This document shows positions 26,553 through 34,561 of a DNA stretch of 48,342 nt, piece after piece; within the stretch, counting starts at the first letter, position 1, and each line of letters begins with the position of its first letter. Both the position numbers and the translations under genes were made by a program. Location of the stretch: IMG/VR virus record IMGVR_UViG_3300029821_000008. One strand, given 5' to 3'. Under the pieces are notes generated by a model that was not told the DNA's origin, did no database searches, and saw only the letters and a program-made list of their open reading frames with translations. The stretch comes from a virus.

Positions 26553-27142
26553 GCATAACTCTCTTACAACTCAGTCAAAGACTGCAAGGCATGGCAGGTT
26601 ATTTGGAAGGGCCGGAGCTTGGGAATGTAATGGTTAAAATGGCTTCCGAGGCTTTGGCATTGAATAAACAGAGAGTGCAGGAGACAGGTAAAAATGCAAA
26701 GGGAGAGAGTTTTGATAAATACTCTACCAAACCGATGCTTTCAGGCTCAAAGAACATGACTAAATCAGCTTTTAACTCAATTGCAGGGAGTAAGAAGAAA
26801 CGGGCTGAACTGGATTGGAGAACTGTAAACGGTCATTCTTTGTTTGTCATCCCGGGAGGTTATAAGCAGTTCCGGGAACTTCATGGAAGACAAACGGGAT
26901 TTGTTGATTTTACTCTATCGGGTAGGATGTGGAACAATATAAAGTTAGTCTCTGATCGTGCAGAGCTTAACTCCGGGGTTGCGGTGATAAAAGCCACTGA
27001 GGAACTGTCAAAGAAGAAACTCGAAGGGAACACTAAGCGCCGGGGTGAAATACTTGGACTGTCAAAGTCAGAGGAAGAAAGACTATCTGATATTTATGAA
27101 GTTTGGGTTGAATCAGGACTGAGAAAAAACAAACTGCTATGA
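26549..27142 (+). CDS. Putative head-tail joining / tail completion protein (gp10-like)
   Basis: The call rests on position and size. ATGA overlap. It shows weak similarity to virion morphogenesis proteins (VDFTLSGRMWNNIK). Confidence 0.35.
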   Translation: MSITLLQLSQRLQGMAGYLEGPELGNVMVKMASEALALNKQRVQETGKNAKGESFDKYSTKPMLSGSKNMTKSAFNSIAGSKKKRAELDWRTVNGHSLFVIPGGYKQFRELHGRQTGFVDFTLSGRMWNNIKLVSDRAELNSGVAVIKATEELSKKKLEGNTKRRGEILGLSKSEEERLSDIYEVWVESGLRKNKLL

Positions 27143-27726
27143 ACAATAAAATTGCCGACATAATTAAGGGACAAATTGAAGGATTAACCTGGATTGATAA
27201 AATCGCTGGCTTAGTTCAAACTGCAAATGTCAGGATTACAAGCGGAGAAACAGCAACCGAGAAATCATACCCGATAAGTTGTAATATCACTGCTGATGCC
27301 TGTATGAAAGGCGGATATCAGGATTTATGCCCGAACTCAAAAAAGAAATCAATTGTTTATTTTGAGGACCGGGGACTTACTTTTGACCGTCAGGAAGGAA
27401 ATCATCTGTATTATGTTTCTTCTTTACGTTTGGTTTGCTGGTTAAATCTTCAGTTAATCCAGGAAGAAGCCTGTAAAAAAGACGTTACCGGGTGCGGAAC
27501 GTCAGGCGACTACGTTTTAGAAGTTATTAAAAAGTTCGACTATAAGCCATTTAACTCAGGCGGATTGTACGGAATTATGATTCATCCGCCTTCACAAGTT
27601 GAAAGATCGGTTGATATATTCTCAAAGTACACTTATTCAGAGGTTTCTACGCAGTTTTTAATGTTTCCGTACGATTATTTTAGTTTGGATTTTTCAGTAG
27701 ATTTTTTTGTGCCATGTTTGACATAG
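27139..27726 (+). CDS. Hypothetical tail/neck protein
   Basis: 195-aa ORF with an ATGA overlap, upstream of the chaperone pair. Confidence 0.35.
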   Translation: MNNKIADIIKGQIEGLTWIDKIAGLVQTANVRITSGETATEKSYPISCNITADACMKGGYQDLCPNSKKKSIVYFEDRGLTFDRQEGNHLYYVSSLRLVCWLNLQLIQEEACKKDVTGCGTSGDYVLEVIKKFDYKPFNSGGLYGIMIHPPSQVERSVDIFSKYTYSEVSTQFLMFPYDYFSLDFSVDFFVPCLT

Positions 27727-28001
27727 TAAAAATATCAATCATCTGTTTTGTTTTCTATATTCTGGGAGAGCCGGGCCAAATATTCGGCTGGTATCAGAAG
27801 TTAATCAATCCTTTGCCTGAGTGGTTATGGAAACCACTTGGAGGCTGTCTGAAATGCTTTTGCGCACAGGTTTTGTCTCATTACTACTGGATAACTCATT
27901 TACACAACTATAATATCATAGATCAACTATTTTACCCTTCAATGGGAATTATGATTGTTATAACACTAAACTACCTATATGAACTCACTCAGAAAGATTG
28001 A
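27714..28001 (+). CDS. Small integral membrane protein embedded in the tail module
   Basis: Hydrophobic segments ISIICFVFYILG and MGIMIVITLNYL, plus a CLKCFC motif. It overlaps both neighbours. Confidence 0.5.
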   Translation: MFDIVKISIICFVFYILGEPGQIFGWYQKLINPLPEWLWKPLGGCLKCFCAQVLSHYYWITHLHNYNIIDQLFYPSMGIMIVITLNYLYELTQKD

Positions 28002-28479
28002 CTTTGCCCACGAAAAGTATTTTGAATGCAACGGGCGTAAATTTTACGTTAACGAATCTTTGTCATTTACCCGTTACAAAGAACTCCAGAAGATAAGTAT
28101 TGAATTTGGCTACTCTGCTAATTTCGAGGACATATTTAAGAATCTGGCAAAGTCTATTGAGGCCTACAACAAACATGATTACTTCAATATGTCGATTATT
28201 CTTTATAAGATTCAGGAAGGGATAAAGAACCTGGAGGACAAAGATGATCCGGCACTGAGGATTTGCGCTTTATTCATTAACGAATCGGATGAAGATGTTA
28301 CCATTTATAACGAGGCCTTAATGAAAGATAAAATTGATTGCTGGGGGAGGGAGCTTGATATTGCGCCTTTTTTTTACTTAGCAGCGAGTTTGGTGCCTCA
28401 ATGGACGCACATTTACGAGCTGCATATCCGAGATGGTTTGAAGTCAGAAGAACCACTGAAAGAAAGCCTCAATCCATAG
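27979..28479 (+). CDS. Tail assembly chaperone (G-like, zero-frame product)
   Basis: 166 aa, directly upstream of the tape measure gene. It contains the slippery T-run at 28368-28375. Confidence 0.65.
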   Translation: MNSLRKIDFAHEKYFECNGRKFYVNESLSFTRYKELQKISIEFGYSANFEDIFKNLAKSIEAYNKHDYFNMSIILYKIQEGIKNLEDKDDPALRICALFINESDEDVTIYNEALMKDKIDCWGRELDIAPFFYLAASLVPQWTHIYELHIRDGLKSEEPLKESLNP

Positions 28480-28625
28480 CGAATGAAAAAAAGGATTTGG
28501 ATAAGTTTTGGAGAGATTTGATATTTGCTGCCTGCGGAAAAGACCCTGGCAAAATGAATGAGGTTGTTAAGATGGATGTATTTGATTTTTTTGCTTACAT
28601 TGATAATATAAAGAGCAATGGATAA
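27979..28625 (+). CDS. Tail assembly chaperone, frameshifted GT-like product (27979..28374 joined at -1 to 28374..28625)
   Basis: The downstream ORF (track 28401..28625) is in the -1 frame relative to 27979..28479 and ends overlapping the tape measure start. The predicted fusion is about 215 aa. Confidence 0.55.
28368..28374 (+). other. -1 programmed ribosomal frameshift slippery heptamer T_TTT_TTT
   Basis: The zero-frame codons are cct ttt ttt tac. The -1 frame opens at 28359, just after a TGA, and stays open to 28625. Confidence 0.65.
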
Positions 28626-30741
28626 CGTGGAAATTCGCTTGGTGACAAACAATGCCAGTGCTGTAAAGGGAATCCGGGAGGTTGCTGCTGAATCCCAGAA
28701 ACTTCATACAAACACTGAGCGTCAACAGAAAAGACAGATCGGTCTTATTGCTGATATTGAAAAAGAGCTCGCAAATCTTCAGACAGCCCAGAAGAATGCA
28801 ATGACTATTGAGCATATTGAAAAGTACAATAAGAAAATTGCAGAAGCGAAAAAGAACCTCGAGGCGTATAATAAAGCCGGTGTTGAATCAGAAAAACAAA
28901 CAAGCTCGCTTTCGCAGACAATAGGCAAGTGGGTCGTTGGATTGGGACTGGCCACAGTAGCACTCAGGGCCGTAAAAGATGCTGTTTTGGCTACTACTCA
29001 CGGAATGAATGCTTTTAACATAGCTGCCGCTACTGGTAAACAGATGATGTATAACCTTGTTACTGGGTCTTCTGATTTAACAAAAGGGCTAAAAGGAGTA
29101 ATCGAGGCTCAGAAAGAGTTAAACAGATTAAGGATACAGGACAAAGTAGATACTTACAATGCAAAAATTGAGTTACTTCAGTTTAATATAGCTCTCATTA
29201 AGGCAAAAGATCAAACAAAGAGCGTCACTGAAAGAATTGCTGAATATGATAAAGCGATAGAGCACAAAAGAAAGGCCACTGAAATAGAAATCAAGTCAAC
29301 GGAAGATCAGATAGCAGCCTATGAAAAGATTCGTAAAGAGAGCCCGAAGAATGAAGATGCGCTCATGAAAATTATCGAACTTGAAACACGGTTGATTGAT
29401 CTTCGCATAAATCAAACTTCAGCCCTGAAAGAGATCAGCTCTATGCGGTCGGGACTGCTTAAGAAAGAACGCCAGGATATGTTTGATCGTTGGTTTGCTG
29501 AAATTGAAACTGAAAATAAAGCCTATGCAGAAAAACTCAAGGCTCAAAAGAAATACTTAGACCTCTCACAGAAACTCCTGGATGAATACGAAAGATCAAA
29601 CATTGATTCTTTAACGGGTGCTGAAAAGTTAAGAGCTATCAGGGATTTTGGTCTTAAGCAGATCAGGGAACTCATGATTATTCTCTCAGAAGCCGGGAAG
29701 ATCACAGCGGAGCAGGATGAAATGTTCACGAAGCTCGGAGAAAATGTTATAAAGTCTTACAAAGAGGGAATGAAGAAAGAGGCAAAAATTCCCTTAAAAG
29801 ACAAAGAAGCAATATCTAAGGCACTGCTGGCAGGGCTCCCCATTAAGGAAGGAATACAAGAATACGGCGGTGTTGCTCCGACGGGAATGGAGGAGTTCTC
29901 AGTTTGGAAACTACTTGGTATTGACCCTGATGATGACGAAGGGAAACGGGCTATTGATAATTTAAAATCGGCGACTGCTGAAGTATTTAAAATCATTGAT
30001 GACACTTATCAAAAAAGAGTTGATGATGCCGAACGGACACGAAGTCTGTTAGACACCCGAATTTCAGAGGCTCAGAGTGCTTTAGAATCAGAGATAAGAC
30101 TTCATGAGGCCGGATATGCTTCTAATATAGCTGCCAAGCAGAAAGAAATAGAAATGCTTAAGGCGCAAAGAGAAAAAGCTTTAAAAGAGGAAGAAAAAGC
30201 GATTAAGGCTCAAAGGCAGATGGATGCCATTATGCAGGCATCCAGCCTATTAACAGCATCAGCCAATATAATCAAAGGCTTTTCAAAGTTGCCCTTAATC
30301 GGACAAATACTTTCTATTGCAGCCATTGGGGCCATGTTTGCTGCTTTCGCTGCTGCCAGAGTACAGGCGAGTAAAATAACAAAGCTCGCAGCAGGTGGCC
30401 ACGGTGAAGTCACAGGGCGTTTACACTCTCAGGGCGGTGAAAGGTTCTCAGATCATATCGAAGTCGAACAGGGTGAACGATGGGGCGTACTTAACCGGTC
30501 TGCATCCCGAAAATATGGAACTGTTTTTAATAAGATGGTTGATTCATTTAATAAAGACAATCTCTCCGTTGGAAAAGGTTTGAATATAAACAATATCTCA
30601 ATCCAAAATGAGGGGCCAAACAAGCGACTGGATGAAGTGAATAGTAACTTAAGACAGATACGGTCAAAGGAGGAAATAATAGTCTTAAACGGGATGACAG
30701 TGTATAAAAAAGGAAACTCAGTAAGGGTAATTAAGAAATGA
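28618..30741 (+). CDS. Tail tape measure protein
   Basis: 707 aa. It has long charged, probably helical stretches and a hydrophobic segment (LIGQILSIAAIGAMFAAFAAA), and follows the chaperone pair. Confidence 0.8.
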   Translation: MDNVEIRLVTNNASAVKGIREVAAESQKLHTNTERQQKRQIGLIADIEKELANLQTAQKNAMTIEHIEKYNKKIAEAKKNLEAYNKAGVESEKQTSSLSQTIGKWVVGLGLATVALRAVKDAVLATTHGMNAFNIAAATGKQMMYNLVTGSSDLTKGLKGVIEAQKELNRLRIQDKVDTYNAKIELLQFNIALIKAKDQTKSVTERIAEYDKAIEHKRKATEIEIKSTEDQIAAYEKIRKESPKNEDALMKIIELETRLIDLRINQTSALKEISSMRSGLLKKERQDMFDRWFAEIETENKAYAEKLKAQKKYLDLSQKLLDEYERSNIDSLTGAEKLRAIRDFGLKQIRELMIILSEAGKITAEQDEMFTKLGENVIKSYKEGMKKEAKIPLKDKEAISKALLAGLPIKEGIQEYGGVAPTGMEEFSVWKLLGIDPDDDEGKRAIDNLKSATAEVFKIIDDTYQKRVDDAERTRSLLDTRISEAQSALESEIRLHEAGYASNIAAKQKEIEMLKAQREKALKEEEKAIKAQRQMDAIMQASSLLTASANIIKGFSKLPLIGQILSIAAIGAMFAAFAAARVQASKITKLAAGGHGEVTGRLHSQGGERFSDHIEVEQGERWGVLNRSASRKYGTVFNKMVDSFNKDNLSVGKGLNINNISIQNEGPNKRLDEVNSNLRQIRSKEEIIVLNGMTVYKKGNSVRVIKK

Positions 30742-32459
30742 ACTATACTTTTCATCTTACAATCGGATCCACGGTAACGGAAGTTTTCCCTTTGAACTTT
30801 CTGGAGACTTCTTTAGTTGACGAACAAGAACAGAATAAGATCTTTTACCGTCGGAAGTTTAACGGCAAATTAACTTTCGTTAACAATAACGGAGATGACG
30901 ACTTTGACCTTCTTTACGCTGTTCAGCAAACAACTCCTTGTTCTAAATTGTTATTTGAGATAAAGAAAAACGCCGTCAACTACTGGAGTGGTTATTTCTC
31001 TGTTTCAGAAGGTGATTTTGATTTGAATAAATGCACTTTTGAGGTCACCCCTTTGCCTGATGATGACTATGCCGAATTACTTGACAAAGCAGATGATCAG
31101 TACAATATTTTAAGTCGTACCTCTTACACAACAACTGCAGGGGCGTTTATTTATACCCGGTGCCGGATGCTTTATAATAACGCTATAGCTCCCGACAAAA
31201 CAAAAAACGTTCTTGAATACCTGGCAGATAATATTTTAACCGGGGTCGCAGTTTCGAGTACCTTCTTTACCGCAGCCACAAATCCGGCCACTTTAGCGGC
31301 CTCGCATGTTCGTTATCTGATGATAGCTCAGAAAAGTGACATAATAAGGAATCAATCCACGGATGCAGCCACGGTGGCAATGATGAGCTGGAATGACCTG
31401 ATGGAAATACTCTGGGGGATGTTTCAGGTCGTTTGGGATTACGATTCCAATACGAACACAATTAACGTCGAGCATATTTCTTTCTGGTCCCCTTCGGCAG
31501 GTATGGATCTTCGCTCTCAGCCAATAGCAAAGAATAATAAATTTGCTTACCTGAAAGAGAAGATGCCGAAGTATGAAAAATTCTCATGGATGGAGGCGCT
31601 TGCAGAAAACTTTAAGGGTCGCATGATTCAGTACATCTCCGAATGTGTTGATCAGAATCCGGAAAGTAACACCCTTGAAACGATTCTTCCGGTCACCACG
31701 GATTTAGAGTATATTCAGACTACTCCACTAGAAATTGCCGACGAGGGGTTTGTTGTTATTGCTAATACCTACTCCGGAGGTGTTTATCTGGTTGAAAGAA
31801 TGCTCGGAAAATATCTTAATGAGGTAAGATATAACATGCATCTTTCGTGGGCTAACCTTCATGATTCTTATTACAGGCACGAGAGAGTTCTCCCTGAGGG
31901 GTATATGAACGGTGCTTTAACTGATTTTTGGTCAGCTCAAAAAAACAAGTCCCAGGATTGTTTCGCTATCGTTTGCCCGGCGGACGGTTACGACCCTGCG
32001 GATTATATAACTACGGAGCTGGGTGAAACTTACTTCGGGGGTCAAAAGGGACGGGTTTTAAGCTCGTCTTTAAATCCCAAAGGCGAAATGAAGTTTCAGT
32101 TAGGCTATTCTGACCCGGGAGTTGCTCAGGTTCCTATAACAGAGAGTAAATGGATACTTATTACCGAGGGCGAATGCGGATCATTCTCTGCTGTTCTTTC
32201 AGAGGCGGCCGATGCTGATCTTCCTATAGTAATAAAGTACATTATTTATGATGAGGATTTTAATGTGGTTTGCTCTGATACGGTTGACGGGGAGACATGG
32301 ACGATAACCACGGGACTAACTTCAGACACGTTTTCGCTCACTCTTTGTGGCGTGATCCCGGCCGGCGGATGTATCAGATACACTAATATACCTTTTGAAG
32401 TTACCGGTAAGCCTGAATGGCCTATTGGATTTAATCCTGCTAATTGCAATTGCGAATGA
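30738..32459 (+). CDS. Putative distal tail / baseplate protein
   Basis: 573-aa ORF with an ATGA overlap onto the tape measure stop. The call is positional only. Confidence 0.35.
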   Translation: MNYTFHLTIGSTVTEVFPLNFLETSLVDEQEQNKIFYRRKFNGKLTFVNNNGDDDFDLLYAVQQTTPCSKLLFEIKKNAVNYWSGYFSVSEGDFDLNKCTFEVTPLPDDDYAELLDKADDQYNILSRTSYTTTAGAFIYTRCRMLYNNAIAPDKTKNVLEYLADNILTGVAVSSTFFTAATNPATLAASHVRYLMIAQKSDIIRNQSTDAATVAMMSWNDLMEILWGMFQVVWDYDSNTNTINVEHISFWSPSAGMDLRSQPIAKNNKFAYLKEKMPKYEKFSWMEALAENFKGRMIQYISECVDQNPESNTLETILPVTTDLEYIQTTPLEIADEGFVVIANTYSGGVYLVERMLGKYLNEVRYNMHLSWANLHDSYYRHERVLPEGYMNGALTDFWSAQKNKSQDCFAIVCPADGYDPADYITTELGETYFGGQKGRVLSSSLNPKGEMKFQLGYSDPGVAQVPITESKWILITEGECGSFSAVLSEAADADLPIVIKYIIYDEDFNVVCSDTVDGETWTITTGLTSDTFSLTLCGVIPAGGCIRYTNIPFEVTGKPEWPIGFNPANCNCE

Positions 32460-33280
32460 AAACAGTAATAACAACACTACCGATTTACGATAAACTGGCA
32501 AAACAGTGTTATCAAAGATCAAACGGAACAGGTCATGGGATTCATCCTATAATAAGCCCCTTAGAGAGACTTCCTTCATTTCAGTGGATAGACGGCACGG
32601 ACGGAGCCAGTACAGTGACTAAAATAGAGCTAATAAGCGAGACAGGGGCCGCTACGGATATAACGGCTTCACACTTTACTACATGCCCTAAACCGGCCTC
32701 GTTTGCCATATCAGGGGATGTTTATTTCCAGTATAAGGGAAATGCTTTGGATACTGATCTTCCGTGTGGTCGGTTTTATCTTAAGATCACAATGAATAAC
32801 TCTAAGATTTATTATAGTGAGTGGTTCCAGGTCGAGGACGTTTACGATAAAACGACTTATTCAAGTAAGTACCTGATTTTCGCTTTTACCAATACTTATG
32901 ATCTTGGGACAATTCTTTATCAGGACGGGTTCATTCAGACCCTTTGGATTGAATCTGAGACAATGGAGCCCTCATTTCCGCTGAAAGAGGAAGGACAGGA
33001 AAATGCTGACGGTCGCTTTATAAGGACTTTCGGCCGACAGACTAAGAAGTACACAGCCCGCACTAAAGTAGTTCCTGATTACATGGTTGACGTACTAAAT
33101 CGGATGAGACTATGCAGTTCAATTACTTTAAGGGACTTGGTCGGAGATTTGAATACAGTCTATAACGTGGAAGTTGAACACGAATGGTTGTTTGATGATA
33201 AGTACTACGCAAAAGTTGATTTGACGTTTGATTATGATGAGACTGTTTTAGTAAGTGGTTGCAATACGAACATTCCGTAA
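32456..33280 (+). CDS. Putative tail tip/baseplate protein
   Basis: ATG 32456 forms an ATGA overlap with the upstream stop; the track start 32444 is a TTG. The call is positional only. Confidence 0.3.
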   Translation: MKTVITTLPIYDKLAKQCYQRSNGTGHGIHPIISPLERLPSFQWIDGTDGASTVTKIELISETGAATDITASHFTTCPKPASFAISGDVYFQYKGNALDTDLPCGRFYLKITMNNSKIYYSEWFQVEDVYDKTTYSSKYLIFAFTNTYDLGTILYQDGFIQTLWIESETMEPSFPLKEEGQENADGRFIRTFGRQTKKYTARTKVVPDYMVDVLNRMRLCSSITLRDLVGDLNTVYNVEVEHEWLFDDKYYAKVDLTFDYDETVLVSGCNTNIP

Positions 33281-33301
33281 AAACTAATTTAAAGTTTATA
33301 A
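33281..33301 (+). repeat. 21-nt motif AAACTAATTTAAAGTTTATAA (copy 2)
   Basis: Identical to 25410..25430, and starts directly after the TAA at 33278-80. Confidence 0.85.
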
Positions 33302-33320
33302 GAAAAGATAAGATATGAAG

Positions 33321-33328
33321 TAAATTTG
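33321..33328 (+). promoter_or_regulatory. Bacteroidota-type -7 box TAaaTTTG
   Basis: Exact TAnnTTTG match 25 nt upstream of ATG 33354. The possible -33 element (TTTA) lies inside the 21-nt repeat. Confidence 0.45.
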
Positions 33329-33353
33329 AAGTATTAATTTAAAATAAACAATT

Positions 33354-33911
33354 ATGTCGGTACTCGTCCTTAATCCGTGCCCCACAGACTGCACGGGATC
33401 ATTAGAAGCGGTAAGCTTCAACGAATGCACCCCTGATATACATTACGGGGAGATATCCAAACTATATGTCGCACGGTCAGATGCGGCTGATTTTACCAGT
33501 CCTGACCTGTTGGCAGAATGGACTGCAAGGTTATCGGACACGGCGGTTGATGCCGATAGTATCCGTACTTTAATCGGTATCGGAGAATTGGCTCCGGCTG
33601 AAAAAACTGAAATACTGATTTCCGGCGGTCGTACTATTTATTCACCAAAGACTTTTAATATTCTCTTCGAGGTGGATGAAACAAACGACACGAACTATGA
33701 ATTTCTTCTCTCAACGGAGTGCAACCTGAAATTCAAATTCTGGTTCGAGACTTCAGACGGGATGCTTTACGGAGGAAAAACCGGAATAGAGGCCGTATTT
33801 GGCATGGATGCCCCGATTCCAAAGGGAAGAGAGGAAATCGCTAAGTTCATGGTTTCTATCAAGTGGAAATCAGCTAACAGTCCTTTGAGAAATATTTCAC
33901 CAATGTTTTAA
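33354..33911 (+). CDS. Hypothetical structural protein (possibly a tail tube-like protein)
   Basis: 185 aa, with its own promoter-like element. No motif-level support for a function. Confidence 0.35.
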   Translation: MSVLVLNPCPTDCTGSLEAVSFNECTPDIHYGEISKLYVARSDAADFTSPDLLAEWTARLSDTAVDADSIRTLIGIGELAPAEKTEILISGGRTIYSPKTFNILFEVDETNDTNYEFLLSTECNLKFKFWFETSDGMLYGGKTGIEAVFGMDAPIPKGREEIAKFMVSIKWKSANSPLRNISPMF

Positions 33912-33929
33912 TCTTTAAAATCAATAGAA

Positions 33930-34172
33930 ATGGCAGAATGTAAAGTAATGCCCGCTACACTATTAGAAATGTTAGCGAGTACAATAATGACAGATGACGA
34001 CGGAGATACATATTTCAATGTCATTTGCTTCACCGGAACCGGTCTCGAATCGGCTTTCACTTGCGGACTTCAGGGTCAGGATTTGGAACAGTTCATTGTC
34101 AATAATGGCTTCGGAGTTGATGCCAATGGCAAGCCCGCTATTAAGTTGAATATTTGTACACAGGAGGCATAA
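33930..34172 (+). CDS. Hypothetical protein
   Basis: 80-aa acidic ORF. Confidence 0.4.
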   Translation: MAECKVMPATLLEMLASTIMTDDDGDTYFNVICFTGTGLESAFTCGLQGQDLEQFIVNNGFGVDANGKPAIKLNICTQEA

Positions 34173-34525
34173 TGGCGTTTGGTATTGAATGCGGTGGCAT
34201 GGTTCCAGCCCCGCTGTCGATTGGAGGAACCGAAGGGGTGTTCCCGTTATTTGTTACGGGAGCCGATCCTGACATAGGAGGCACAGACGGTCAGATAGTT
34301 GACATGACTGCCGAATCAGAGGATTACGCCCCTGCTGATATCGGAAGCGGCACGTTTGTAATTGTTATTGAGACAGATGCGCCTATTGAGGTACAACTTG
34401 CTAACGGTACCGATTTTACAATTACCCAGGCACAGGCAACGGCTCACCTAGGTCAGTGGTATCCTGCGCTTTTGAAAAAAGTATATAAGACCGGTACGAC
34501 TGGTACATTTTCAGTAGGACAATAG
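34172..34525 (+). CDS. Hypothetical protein
   Basis: ATG 34172 forms a TAATG overlap and is preceded by a rare perfect AGGAGG at 34162-67. The track start 34154 is a TTG. Confidence 0.45.
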   Translation: MAFGIECGGMVPAPLSIGGTEGVFPLFVTGADPDIGGTDGQIVDMTAESEDYAPADIGSGTFVIVIETDAPIEVQLANGTDFTITQAQATAHLGQWYPALLKKVYKTGTTGTFSVGQ

Positions 34526-34547
34526 AGTGACCGAGGTCGCTCTTTTT
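34525..34547 (+). terminator. Rho-independent terminator
   Basis: Stem gagtgac (34525-31) / gtcgctc (34536-42) with one G-U pair, loop CGAG, then TTTTT at 34543-47. Confidence 0.65.
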
Positions 34548-34561
34548 AATAACTTGCAACT

